62,019 bases of DNA, filler included, from 7 parts of 7 records of this genome joined end to end with filler, not necessarily neighbours in it, one strand, 5' to 3'. Positions 29,937-39,712 are shown, numbered from the whole stretch's first letter. Numbers and translations: made by a program. Notes: a model not told the origin generated them from the sequence alone.

Positions 29937-30428
29937 TTAGTTCTTTTGATAAACATCAAGGTCTAATGAGCCTTCAACAAAACCTTTATAAATAAGGATC
30001 TCGAGATCTTCCGGTATAATTTTAATGATGAAATGATTTCCCTGCGGCTTTTTAATTATCTTCATTTCTACGCTTGCGTTACCTTGATCAGCATTATAAG
30101 AATTCCAATATTTCCAATAAAATGTTAATCTTTGATTGTTATATCCATCCCTATCATAGAAAGGAGTGTCCAAAGTAAGATTATAGATTATCCCATTACT
30201 ATATGAATCTGCTTTTGGCCAAACATTAGCAAAATAGATTTCTTTATCTCCCTTATATTGGTAAAAAGCAAGAAAAGCATTTTTTGACAAAAGTTGAGAG
30301 GTTATATCTTTTCCATCCATTGTAGCGTCCATAATTACAAACCTTCCCATTACATCAACATTGTCTTGTGCTGTGCCAAATAAGGCGGTAAGCAACACTA
30401 TTACAAATAGAATCCATGTTTTATTCAT
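29937..30428 (-). CDS. Secreted beta-rich hypothetical protein
   Basis: Signal peptide (..GTAQD); 163 aa. Confidence 0.8.
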   Translation of the reverse strand: MNKTWILFVIVLLTALFGTAQDNVDVMGRFVIMDATMDGKDITSQLLSKNAFLAFYQYKGDKEIYFANVWPKADSYSNGIIYNLTLDTPFYDRDGYNNQRLTFYWKYWNSYNADQGNASVEMKIIKKPQGNHFIIKIIPEDLEILIYKGFVEGSLDLDVYQKN

Positions 30429-30449
30429 GATTATACTGGCTTTAAGGTT

Positions 30450-31292
30450 TTACAACATACTTAAAAGCTTCGAACTCATTTGAGATTCAGAACCATCTAG
30501 AATAAATTTATAATCATCCGCGCCTGATTCTTTTAACCATTTATCCCAGAAATAGATAAGCTTTTGTGTTTGCAATACGTCTAGGTCATTTTTACTAGAA
30601 ATGCCAGAGATTATCCAATGAATGCCTTTAGGAAGTTTGATAGGGAATAGGCCATAATCACTACTTCTGGCTTTTTGTTTCCAATCAATACCGGTAATTT
30701 TGTTTAGAAATTGGGTGCTTGTATATCTGTTCTTTTGTTTCAGGACGTGCCCTCTATTTTCAAAATCAAAATATCCATCTGTTAGTATTATAACTGTATT
30801 ATCATATCCTTCCAGTTGTAAAGACTGTCCGTAATCATTCAAATAAGCCCACAAATCCACACCGAAATAGCCATTTCTTTTGTCACTGTAGTTTGCTTTA
30901 TCTCTTAATTCACTCAATGTTTTGGTAATGGAATTTGAAAATTCAACCATTTTATTATTCTTGTCCTTGATTGACATTTCATTAAGTTTTAATTGGAGCA
31001 TATTCTCAAAATAGTTAATGTCCAAAGGGCTATTTTTTTGAGGAACTATTTTTACACTAAATCGGTCTTTGGAAGTTAAGATTAAGCCTCTTCTGGCTTT
31101 AGCCTCAAATTTTTCAAATAATTGTTCTATTTGAGCTTGGTCTTTTTCCAATTGGTGTTCAGAAAGTATTCTATCACTTAGGTCTAATATTACGGTATAA
31201 TTGACCGGTTTTCTTATGGTTTGAGCCTGTGCATTTATTTTCAATGATGAGAATGCTATGAACAGAATACTAATAATAACTATATTTTTCAT
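30450..31292 (-). CDS. Secreted vWA-like protein
   Basis: Signal peptide; VILDLSDR (MIDAS-like DxS) and IILTDG. Confidence 0.7.
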   Translation of the reverse strand: MKNIVIISILFIAFSSLKINAQAQTIRKPVNYTVILDLSDRILSEHQLEKDQAQIEQLFEKFEAKARRGLILTSKDRFSVKIVPQKNSPLDINYFENMLQLKLNEMSIKDKNNKMVEFSNSITKTLSELRDKANYSDKRNGYFGVDLWAYLNDYGQSLQLEGYDNTVIILTDGYFDFENRGHVLKQKNRYTSTQFLNKITGIDWKQKARSSDYGLFPIKLPKGIHWIISGISSKNDLDVLQTQKLIYFWDKWLKESGADDYKFILDGSESQMSSKLLSML

Positions 31293-31318
31293 GATGTTTG
31301 TTTTTAATGGTTATTGTA

Positions 31319-32569
31319 TTAATTAAGGTTAGGGATTTGTTTAAAATGGGTCTCCATAAATTCTTTGTAAGCAGATTCGCATTCTACTTTTTTAACATCA
31401 AAGTCGGGAGAGCTGTTCAAGTATTGTCGCCAACCCATATAGAAGCTAGTTAAGCACTGTGATAGTAGATCAGGGTTAAGAACAGCTTTTTCCAAATCTT
31501 TCTTTAAGTTTTCAATTCTTCCAACCAACATACTGATCTGTGATTCCAATTGGATTACTTTTTCTTTAAGACCTTTTATTTCATCTTTTTGAGAACGAAT
31601 CTTACTTTTAAGATCTCTAATGACCAATTGAGCACAGGTTCCAGCATTTTTCTTATTCTTTTCCTTTATCATTAACTCATACATATATCCCCAAACTAAA
31701 TAGGCCAAAAAGCCAAATGTTAAGACCAAATAAAAATTAATACTGGTTAAAAAGAACCAATTTTCTTCGGCTACACCCGCCATGACTTTTAAATTGTAAA
31801 TACCTGAATCAATTTTGTATGCCAATAATGAATCCACTATTAAAGCACCGAGAATTGCAATCGCCTTCCACAGATTTTTACGTTTTCCTTCAAAAGTGTG
31901 GGGAATTAAACCAACGGCAAAAAAGAGAAATGACCCTAAATAGACAATAATAAGGGAGGGCGAAGGTGTGAGAATCCCTTTCATATCAAAAATTGAATCA
32001 AGGTATAGTATTATATCATCCCCTGCTGTAGCTAACAAACTATTAGCATTCCTAAAAAATGAAGCATAAATTGTTGACGCATAAAATAGAATAAGATAAA
32101 CAGAAAGTACTCCCACTAAAATACCATAGGTTGCTAATTTGATTGGTTGGTATCCTGTTTGAAGTTTTTTCTCTTCCAAGTCCAATTTTGTCTGATGGAT
32201 TTCATCGTTAAGCTCGTCTATTTTTTGGTTACATGAGGGAATATGGATTTCTATGGTAGTTTTCTTTTCACTTTCTAACTTTTCTTTTTCCTCATGCTTG
32301 CTGGTAATCTCTTCATGGGTTTTTTCTTTTCGGGTTTCGTGCTCCTTTTCATTGTATGTAGCATCAACTACATGCCCATCTTTAATCCATTTTAGATGCA
32401 TTTTCATGGAGGTAGCGTCTCCATTGTTCAAACCAGCTTTTTGAATTGCATAATCTGTAAAACTTTTTACACGTTCTACTTTCTTGAATGAGCCCTCAGT
32501 CTCATCTACTGAATTGCTTGTTTCTGTTAAAGTTTCCATTTTTCTGTTTAATGATTTTAAAAGTTTCAT
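31319..32569 (-). CDS. Multi-TM protein with two long coiled coils
   Basis: N-terminal coiled coil, about 4 TM helices, C-terminal coiled coil, FYMGW; start may be 32539. Confidence 0.82.
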   Translation of the reverse strand: MKLLKSLNRKMETLTETSNSVDETEGSFKKVERVKSFTDYAIQKAGLNNGDATSMKMHLKWIKDGHVVDATYNEKEHETRKEKTHEEITSKHEEKEKLESEKKTTIEIHIPSCNQKIDELNDEIHQTKLDLEEKKLQTGYQPIKLATYGILVGVLSVYLILFYASTIYASFFRNANSLLATAGDDIILYLDSIFDMKGILTPSPSLIIVYLGSFLFFAVGLIPHTFEGKRKNLWKAIAILGALIVDSLLAYKIDSGIYNLKVMAGVAEENWFFLTSINFYLVLTFGFLAYLVWGYMYELMIKEKNKKNAGTCAQLVIRDLKSKIRSQKDEIKGLKEKVIQLESQISMLVGRIENLKKDLEKAVLNPDLLSQCLTSFYMGWRQYLNSSPDFDVKKVECESAYKEFMETHFKQIPNLN

Positions 32570-32587
32570 GATGTTTTTGTTTTGCTC

Positions 32588-32616
32588 TTAATAGCGGGAA
32601 TGGAAAAAGGTAACCC
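32588..32616 (-). promoter_or_regulatory. Bipartite motif copy 4 (putative ECF promoter)
   Basis: Minus strand GGGTTACC-TTTTTCCATTCCCG-CTATTAA, 18 nt before ATG 32569. Confidence 0.75.
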
Positions 32617-32784
32617 TAACATGAATGTTTTTTAGCTTACTGAATTGATCTACTTATGAGAAAAAGAATATTTTTGTATTTCATTAATGTCTTTAATCAA
32701 TTATAATGTAAAGAGATACTTTTCTATATATGTGGACTTAGGAAAAGAAATGACAACTTATAAATAGAATAATTAACTGAATAA

Positions 32785-34287
32785 ATGAGTGAAAGACAAA
32801 ATATAGAATGGAAGAAAATTTGGCATGATGATTATCTTAAATGGGTCTGTGGGTTTGCGAATGCCATAGGAGGGGTTATTTATATCGGTAAAGATGATAA
32901 TGGAAATGTTGTGCATCTAGAAAACTATCAAGCCTTAATGGAATACATCCCTAACAAGATACGTAGTCTTATGGGGATTATTTGTGATGTTAATTTGTTG
33001 GAGGAAAATGCTAATAAATATATCGAGATAAAAGTCAATCCTTATTCTGTGCCAGTCTCATTAAGAGGAAGGTACTATTACCGTTCGGGGAGTGTAAAAT
33101 CTGAGCTTACTGGTATAGAGCTGAATGAATTTTTACTTAAAAAAGCCGGTAAAACATGGGATGATGTTGTAGAAGAAGGGGCAGGTATTCAAGATATTGA
33201 TGATGGTAGTATCAATCAATTTATTGAGGATAGTAGGGAAAAAGGTAGATTACCTGATACTACGGGATTAAGTTCTTTGCAAATATTAGATAAACTTCGT
33301 TTAACAGAAAAAGGTAAGCTAAAAAGAGCTGCATTAATTCTTTTTGGAAAAGATCCAAATCGTTTTTACCCAAATGTTATGGTAAAAATAGGACGTTTTG
33401 GGATAGACAGTTCTGATTTAAAGTTTCAGGAAGTTGTAGAGGGTAATTTAGTCCATTTGCTTAATGAAGTTCAGGTGCAGTTAAATTATAAGTTTTTAAC
33501 CCGTCCTGTTGATTTTGCAGGTTTGCATCGTATTGAAAAAGGAGAATACCCAGTGGCTGCCTTACGTGAAATGTTATTGAACGGTTTGGTTCATAAAACG
33601 TATATGGGGACATCGATTCAAATTAGGGTATATGATGATAAACTATCTATTTGGAATGAAGGAGTGCTGCCTCAAGGACTAGATTTAGAAAGTTTAAAAA
33701 GTGAACACAATTCAAGACCAAGAAATCCTAAAATTGCAGATTCTTGTTTTAAATCCGGTTATATAGATACTTGGGGGAGGGGGACTCTAAAAATTATCAA
33801 TTCATGTAAAGAAGCAGCACTTCCTGAACCCGAAATTATTGAGAAAGATGGGGGAGTACAAGTTACTTTGTTTAAAAAAAACCAAGAGAGTAGTCCAGTA
33901 AAAATTGAAAATAACTTATTAGAAATTCAAAGAGCTTTTGGAGCCATTTCAGACCGGATAAAACTTGGAGCAGATAAGAATAAAGAATTTCTACGGGAAC
34001 ATTTTGAGGTGATTGCAGAAGAGCTTCGAGAAAGCTTCAGGTTAACTTCAGGAAAGCTTCATGAAAGCTTCGGGTTAACTTCAGGAAAGTATATATCTAA
34101 TACTGCTTTAACATTAGAGTTAATAACTATAACTCCTGAGATTAAGGCAGAGGAGATAGGGGCAATCCTAGATGTTTCTGAGAGAACAGTACAAACCTAT
34201 CTTAAAAAATTAAAAGAGGATGATTTTATCGAAAGAATTGGCGGAAGGAAAGAAGGCTATTGGCAAATAATAAAACAAGATTCTTGA
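32785..34287 (+). CDS. AlbA_2 (Schlafen-like) + HATPase_c_4 + C-terminal HTH protein
   Basis: EWKK, GFANAIGGVIYIGKDDNG, YYRSGS, ALREMLLNGLVHK, PRNPKIA, C-terminal wHTH ..RIGGRKEGYW. Confidence 0.88.
   Translation: MSERQNIEWKKIWHDDYLKWVCGFANAIGGVIYIGKDDNGNVVHLENYQALMEYIPNKIRSLMGIICDVNLLEENANKYIEIKVNPYSVPVSLRGRYYYRSGSVKSELTGIELNEFLLKKAGKTWDDVVEEGAGIQDIDDGSINQFIEDSREKGRLPDTTGLSSLQILDKLRLTEKGKLKRAALILFGKDPNRFYPNVMVKIGRFGIDSSDLKFQEVVEGNLVHLLNEVQVQLNYKFLTRPVDFAGLHRIEKGEYPVAALREMLLNGLVHKTYMGTSIQIRVYDDKLSIWNEGVLPQGLDLESLKSEHNSRPRNPKIADSCFKSGYIDTWGRGTLKIINSCKEAALPEPEIIEKDGGVQVTLFKKNQESSPVKIENNLLEIQRAFGAISDRIKLGADKNKEFLREHFEVIAEELRESFRLTSGKLHESFGLTSGKYISNTALTLELITITPEIKAEEIGAILDVSERTVQTYLKKLKEDDFIERIGGRKEGYWQIIKQDS
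34022..34087 (+). repeat. In-frame 33-nt tandem repeat (x2)
   Basis: AGCTTCGAGAAAGCTTCAGGTTAACTTCAGGAA / AGCTTCATGAAAGCTTCGGGTTAACTTCAGGAA. Confidence 0.85.
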
Positions 34288-34353
34288 AATTAACTTTTTG
34301 AATTGATCCGAAATCAATCAAAATCTGTCACCTTTTTTGACACCCAAAAAATA

Positions 34354-34389
34354 AAAACCCCTGTAAAAACGATGTTTTACAGGGGTTTT
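34354..34389. terminator. Hairpin terminator between the tRNA and the island
   Basis: AAAACCCCTGTAAAA ... TTTTACAGGGGTTTT. Confidence 0.8.
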
Positions 34390-34391
34390 AA

Positions 34392-34419
34392 GTACTCGAG
34401 GCGGGACTTGAACCCGCAC
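34392..34419 (-). tRNA. 3' part of a tRNA (probably tRNA-Leu), cut at contig end
   Basis: Minus strand GTGCGGGTTCAAGTCCCGCCTCGAGTAC gives T-arm and acceptor stem; anticodon not present. Confidence 0.8.
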
Positions 34420-34519
34420 NNNNNNNNNNNNNNNNNNNNNNNNNNNNNNNNNNNNNNNNNNNNTTAATTAATTAANNNNNNNNNNNNNNNNNNNNNNNNN
34501 NNNNNNNNNNNNNNNNNNN
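34420..34519. other. Artificial contig spacer
   Basis: N44-TTAATTAATTAA-N44. Confidence 0.99.
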
Positions 34520-35089
34520 GTGCTTCAGGTCGTAACCGGCGTTGTTTTTCAGCATCTGATTCATGCTGCTGAGAATGCGCCCGTCGGCCAGCACCACCTC
34601 CAGTCCCAGCACCTGCTCGCGCGCCATACCATAGCGGATAACCTGGTTGCCACCGGCGTTGGTGGCGATATTGCCACCGATAGTGGCGCTGCCCCGTGCA
34701 CCGAGATCAAGCGCGAACATCAGGCCTGCCGTTTCGGCCCGTTGTTGTACCAGCTGCAGAGGGGCCCCAGCCTGAACAGTCATGGTGCCATTGATGAGGT
34801 CGACAGACTCAAGGGCGGTCATGCGCTCCAGTGAAATGACCAGCTCATCACTGCTGCTCACGCAACCTCGGGTCATGTTGGTACAACCGCCGTGAGTGAC
34901 CACTTTTTGCCCTGCGGCGAAACAGTGTTTCATCACTTCACTGAGTTGACTGGTATTGGTGGGTCGAATAATCGCGGGTGCGCGGCATTCGGATGCTCCC
35001 CAGCCATCGGTAACCCGTTCAGAAATACCGTTTTCGATAATACCCTGAGGATCCAAAATTTTCCGTAATCTTGCGAGCAGCTCATTCAT
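34520..35089 (-). CDS. FAD-binding oxidoreductase (D-2-hydroxyacid dehydrogenase type), 5' part
   Basis: GGCTNM, LDLGARGSATIGGNIATNAGG, KNNAGYDLKH. Confidence 0.9.
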
Positions 35090-35204
35090 TGCCCAGTGGT
35101 CCTGTTTGTGCGTGGCAGGTATGCGGGGTTTTGCCGCTTATGGCCCGGTTAAAATTGCCATAGCCACCATCAACCATTTTGCAGCATACATACAGTCATA
35201 ATAT

Positions 35205-36683
35205 CTAGGACGGTAACTTCATACCAACTACCGTGATCTCGCGATTATCGAGTTGTCGCACCACAAAGATAGCTGTGCCAATGTTCACCTTGTCGCCGAT
35301 AATGGGTGGTCGGCGCAATTGTCCGGCAATCCAGCTGCCAAGATTCTGGTCGGCATCCGGGGGTTCCGGCAAGTCATAGAACTGGCAGATTTCCCCCAGG
35401 GGAATTCTGCCATCCAGCACAAAATCCCCGAACACCCTGCGGAAGTTTTTCCTGTCATCCTTTTCCGGTAGTACCAGTCCCAGTCGTCGTGCCACCCAGG
35501 CGAGGCTGCCCCCCTGCAACAGCAATGAGGTTGCTACGACCACAAAAGCAACATTGAAAAGGGTTTTTGCTCCCTCCAGATCCACCATCATGGGAAAAAT
35601 AGCAAGCACGACCGGCACTGCACCGCGAAGGCCTACCCAGGCGATAAAAAATGTTTCCCTGCGTGTGAAGTGAAATGGCAGCAGGCACAGCGACACAGCT
35701 AGTGGGCGCGCAACCAGAATCAGTAACAGCGCGATACCCAGTGCCGGAAGCAGACCGTCTGCCACCTCGCTGGGGGTGACCAGCAAGCCCAGCAGCAGGA
35801 ACATCAGGGCCTGGGACAGCCAGGCAAAGCCATCCATTGCTGACAGGGCCTGGCGAACGCTCCGGCGAGCCCGGTTGCCCACCATCAGGCCGAACAGGTA
35901 GATCGCGAGAAATCCCGAACCGCCCACCCAGGTGGCAAAGGCAAATACGCCAATACCGGCTGACATCAATAGCAGGGCGAGTATTCCGGCACCGCTGTCC
36001 AGCATACCCCGAATACGGTTGACGGCGCTGGCCATGGCGATGCCGGCCAGGTAGCCGATCAGCCCGCCTATACCAAACTGCGTGGTCAGGCTGAGCAGGG
36101 TGGTCCAGCCATTGAAAGCCAGCGTCTCGCCAGCGTTATAAATCAGGGCGATACTGATAAACGTCAGGGTGAGGTAGACCGCCATTGGGTCGTTCATGCC
36201 GGACTCGATTTCCAGCGTGGCGGCGACCCGCTCGTTGAGTCGCACGCCGCAGGATTTGAGCAGGGAAAACACGGCGGCGGCATCGGTGGAGCCGACGATC
36301 GCGCCCAGCAACATGGCCATTGGCCAGCTGAGCCCCAGCAGCCACATGGCGGCGAGGCCCGTGAGGCCCGCGGACAGTAATACGCCGAGTGTCGCCAGTA
36401 TCAGTGACGGTTTGAGTCCGGTGCGAAAAGTGGCAAAGTCGGTGCGCAGTCCACCATCCACCAGAATGACGGCAAGGGCGATGTTACCCACCCAGAAGCT
36501 CAGTGCAAAATTGTCAAAACTGATACCACCTATGCCGTCCTCGCCACTTAGCATACCGACAATGAGAAAAACCAGCAGAAAAGGAAAACCGACCCGCGAT
36601 GAAATGATGCCGGCAAATACTGCCACAAAAATCAGTGCTGCTGCGGCCATTAAGGGTAGGGCAAGGAAGTCGAGTGATAGCAT
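35205..36683 (-). CDS. cvrA: K+/H+ antiporter NhaP2/CvrA type (short form)
   Basis: GSTDAAAVFS, EIESGMNDP, GLRGAVP; C-terminal CorC-like domain. Confidence 0.88.
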   Translation of the reverse strand: MLSLDFLALPLMAAAALIFVAVFAGIISSRVGFPFLLVFLIVGMLSGEDGIGGISFDNFALSFWVGNIALAVILVDGGLRTDFATFRTGLKPSLILATLGVLLSAGLTGLAAMWLLGLSWPMAMLLGAIVGSTDAAAVFSLLKSCGVRLNERVAATLEIESGMNDPMAVYLTLTFISIALIYNAGETLAFNGWTTLLSLTTQFGIGGLIGYLAGIAMASAVNRIRGMLDSGAGILALLLMSAGIGVFAFATWVGGSGFLAIYLFGLMVGNRARRSVRQALSAMDGFAWLSQALMFLLLGLLVTPSEVADGLLPALGIALLLILVARPLAVSLCLLPFHFTRRETFFIAWVGLRGAVPVVLAIFPMMVDLEGAKTLFNVAFVVVATSLLLQGGSLAWVARRLGLVLPEKDDRKNFRRVFGDFVLDGRIPLGEICQFYDLPEPPDADQNLGSWIAGQLRRPPIIGDKVNIGTAIFVVRQLDNREITVVGMKLPS

Positions 36684-36807
36684 GTTCTTCCTCAGGGGTT
36701 AGTCGGTATTTTCATGGTCGCCGCGTGACAATCAATAACAGTTTAATCTGTGAGGACAATTGGATGCTAGCGGGACAGCACGCGGCTCCAATCGAATAGG
36801 AGTGGGG

Positions 36808-37770
36808 TCAGGTATAACTGGCTTCGAACGCATCGATAAAATCAGCCAGCATTCCGGCGGGCAGGTTGTTGATGCCTGCCGCCGCCGCACGGCCGCCGCC
36901 GGTGGGGAAACGGCGGCATAAATCCGCGGCGCCCTGGCGGTTATTCAGTGGCGCTCGTACGCTTACCAGATACTCGCCCTGGGATGTTTCCGTGAGAACG
37001 GCATGGGCCCGGTCGGGATGACCATTGGTCAGTTGATTGCTGAAGACACCGCTGACCCGTCTGGCCCAGGCTTCGTTCGGCAGAATGAATACCGCTGTGG
37101 TGTCCGACGTTTTCTCGGCTGCAATGTCTGCGGCCGCCGCCATATCGCTGTGGTAGCCATTTTCCAGTTTATCGAAGTATTCATTGTCGAGGTGGATGAA
37201 CTCCAGAGGGTCTGTATAAAGACTGGTCCGCCGAAAGAGCTCGGCAGGAGGGATGTATAAATCATCTACGGAAGCACCGTAACCGTTATAGTTGATATAA
37301 ATGCCAAGCTTTTGCAGCTGTCTGAGGTCGGTATCGCTGTACTGTAATACCACGTCGGCCAGCGTCTCTGCCTGTTGATTGAGGTTGTCGCCAAATGCAC
37401 CGACCACCGCCCAGGCGGCGAAAGCATTCCTTAGGTGCTGGTTAACCAGCAAGCTGGTACAGGTATCCGGTGCCTCGTTAATCAGGGCAGTGAGCTTTCC
37501 TGTCTCCGGAATAGCGCCGGAAAAGTGATGATCCACGTAAAATACCTTTGCGCCATCCCTCAGTAACCGCTCCAGATCGGGACGGTTCTTGTCCATGGAG
37601 ATATCCAGTACGGTGATTCGGTCACCGGGCCGGGCCGCGACAGTTTTCAGAAGGCTGATATTGCGTTTTACCCCAGTAATCAGGCTGCTCTGGCGGGGTT
37701 CTGCCAACCGCAGTTGTGTCAGCGCACAGATACCATCGGCATCACCGTTGAATACATCAAAATCGGCCAT
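36808..37770 (-). CDS. DHH-family phosphoesterase
   Basis: NGDADG, LDIS, YVDHH, GGGRAAAAG; start reassigned to MADFDVF. Confidence 0.88.
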   Translation of the reverse strand: MADFDVFNGDADGICALTQLRLAEPRQSSLITGVKRNISLLKTVAARPGDRITVLDISMDKNRPDLERLLRDGAKVFYVDHHFSGAIPETGKLTALINEAPDTCTSLLVNQHLRNAFAAWAVVGAFGDNLNQQAETLADVVLQYSDTDLRQLQKLGIYINYNGYGASVDDLYIPPAELFRRTSLYTDPLEFIHLDNEYFDKLENGYHSDMAAAADIAAEKTSDTTAVFILPNEAWARRVSGVFSNQLTNGHPDRAHAVLTETSQGEYLVSVRAPLNNRQGAADLCRRFPTGGGRAAAAGINNLPAGMLADFIDAFEASYT

Positions 37771-37840
37771 GAAAAATCCTTGTCTGGAGGATGGCGTATA
37801 GCGGGGTAGACATGTCCCGCTATTCACTAACAGGTATTAT

Positions 37841-39031
37841 TTATTGGTGCTCGGACTGGTAGTAATCCATCAGTATTTTGGCGACTTCAGGGCGGGAAAA
37901 CTCGGGTGGTGGCGCGATGCCGTCTCCCAGCATTTGGCGCACTTTGGTGCCGGACAGCAGGATAAAGTCCTCTTTCTGGTGATCTTCCGCCTCATTCATC
38001 ATCACCACCCGGCCGAGCTTGGTGGAGAAGGCGGTGTGATCGGCCCGGAAGATCTCGATGTCCAGCGCATCGTCCGGTACTTTTTCGTCGAAGATGGTTT
38101 GTGCATCGAAGGCTCCGTAGTAATCGCCGACACCTGCATGGTCGCGTCCCACAATCAGGTGAGTGGCCCCCATGTTCTGGCGGAACAGGGCATGCAGCAC
38201 GGCCTCGCGGGGCCCGGCATAGAGCATGTCGAAGCCATAGCCGGTGACCATGACGGTATTTTTCGGAAAGTAGTGCTCTACCATGGTACGGATACAGGCA
38301 TCGCGAACCGGTGCAGGAATATCCCCTTTTTTCAGTCGTCCCAACAGCATATGGATAACCACGCCGTCGGCATCAAGGCGTTCCATCGCCATGCGACAGA
38401 GTTCTTCGTGAGCACGGTGCATCGGATTGCGGGTCTGGAAAGCGATTACTTTTTCCCAGCCACGCTCGGTGATCTCATTGCGTATTTCCACGGCGGTGCG
38501 GAAGGTGTCGGGAAAATCACTCTGAAAGTAACTGAAGCTCAATACCTGCAGTTTTCCCGAGATCAAATAGTTTCCCAAATGGGTGAAAGTGGCTACCCCG
38601 GGGTGCTCCGGATCCAGATTGCCAAAAATCTGTTCGGCCATGGTTTCAATGTCTTCGTCCGAGACAGTTTCGATATGGTCGACCTCCATAATCGCCATTA
38701 CCGGATTGCCCTCGGTATTCGGGTCCCGCAGGGCGATACGTTTGGCGCCTCTGATCGCGCTGACATCCTTTGCTAGGTTAATGACCGGTACTGGCCAGAA
38801 CAACCCGTCAGTGGTGTGCATTTTTTCCGCCACGCTCATGGCATCAGCCAGGCCCATGTAACCCTCCAGCGGATTGAAATATCCCGCCCCGAGCATGACG
38901 GCGTTGGCTGCTGCCGCGGAGTTCAACAGCAGTGAAGGCAGCTCTTCAGCTTCTTTCAGCAGTTGATGGTGTTGCTCTGTATCGTAAACAAAGAGGGGGT
39001 TCAATGTGTCTGAGCCGTGGGGCCTGATCAA
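37841..39031 (-). CDS. sat: Sulfate adenylyltransferase (homo-oligomeric Sat)
   Basis: FQTRNPMHRAH, YAGPREA, GRDHAG, LSGT; TTG start after RBS AGGAG. Confidence 0.95.
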   Translation of the reverse strand: MIRPHGSDTLNPLFVYDTEQHHQLLKEAEELPSLLLNSAAAANAVMLGAGYFNPLEGYMGLADAMSVAEKMHTTDGLFWPVPVINLAKDVSAIRGAKRIALRDPNTEGNPVMAIMEVDHIETVSDEDIETMAEQIFGNLDPEHPGVATFTHLGNYLISGKLQVLSFSYFQSDFPDTFRTAVEIRNEITERGWEKVIAFQTRNPMHRAHEELCRMAMERLDADGVVIHMLLGRLKKGDIPAPVRDACIRTMVEHYFPKNTVMVTGYGFDMLYAGPREAVLHALFRQNMGATHLIVGRDHAGVGDYYGAFDAQTIFDEKVPDDALDIEIFRADHTAFSTKLGRVVMMNEAEDHQKEDFILLSGTKVRQMLGDGIAPPPEFSRPEVAKILMDYYQSEHQ

Positions 39032-39091
39032 AATACTATCTCCTGTTGATGAGCGAATGGGCAAGTGGTTTGTTGTGGGTTTTGCCGCAGC

Positions 39092-39712
39092 CTATATGCC
39101 TGCAAGGAACCGGTGTGATTTCAGGTAGTTGATAATCGTATCAACTTCCTCTGCCAGGGTCGTCTGGTCGGTCTGCAAATGGATTTCGGGATTTTCCGGG
39201 GCTTCATAGGGGTCGTCAATACCCGTGAAGTTTTTAATCTCACCGGCACGAGCCTTTTTGTAAAGACCTTTAGGGTCGCGTTTTTCCGCTTCCTGCAGCG
39301 GGCAGTCGACAAAAACCTCGATAAAGTCTAATCCGGCTGCTTTGTGTAGCTGTCGCACGGCATCCCGATCGGCCCGGTAGGGACTGATAAAACTGGATAG
39401 GGAGATAATACCGGCATCGGCAAATAGTTTGGCAATTTCACCGATGCGGCGGATATTTTCGGTGCGGTCCGCCGCACTGAAGCCGAGATTCTTGTTGATG
39501 CCCAATCGGACATTGTCGCCATCCAGTCGGTAGGCCAGTTTGCCGAACTCGTAGAGTCGGCTCTCGAGGGCGACGGCCACGGTGCTTTTGCCACTGCCGG
39601 ACAACCCGGTAAACCAGAGTGTGGTGCCGCGCTGTCCCATCAGTTGAAAACGATCATCGCGAGTAACTTCGCCATGGTGCCATTGCACATTGGTTGCTTT
39701 TTGCTGAGTCAT
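39092..39712 (-). CDS. cysC: Adenylyl-sulfate kinase
   Basis: [42 protein letters not shown]. Confidence 0.95.
   Translation of the reverse strand: MTQQKATNVQWHHGEVTRDDRFQLMGQRGTTLWFTGLSGSGKSTVAVALESRLYEFGKLAYRLDGDNVRLGINKNLGFSAADRTENIRRIGEIAKLFADAGIISLSSFISPYRADRDAVRQLHKAAGLDFIEVFVDCPLQEAEKRDPKGLYKKARAGEIKNFTGIDDPYEAPENPEIHLQTDQTTLAEEVDTIINYLKSHRFLAGI

Larger units (their letters stand above)
20863..34391. mobile_element. Probable tRNA-linked genomic island (integrase not in contig)
   Basis: All accessory genes, abuts a tRNA 3' end, TGTCACC/TGACACC arm-like repeats at about 34326-34344. Confidence 0.5.

Noticed and set aside
21859-32616. CRISPR array, Craspase locus or recombination-site (dif/attC) reading of the repeats
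   Set aside because: No cas genes or regular repeat-spacer array. The copies are dispersed, non-palindromic and always oriented toward a nearby start codon, which fits a promoter better
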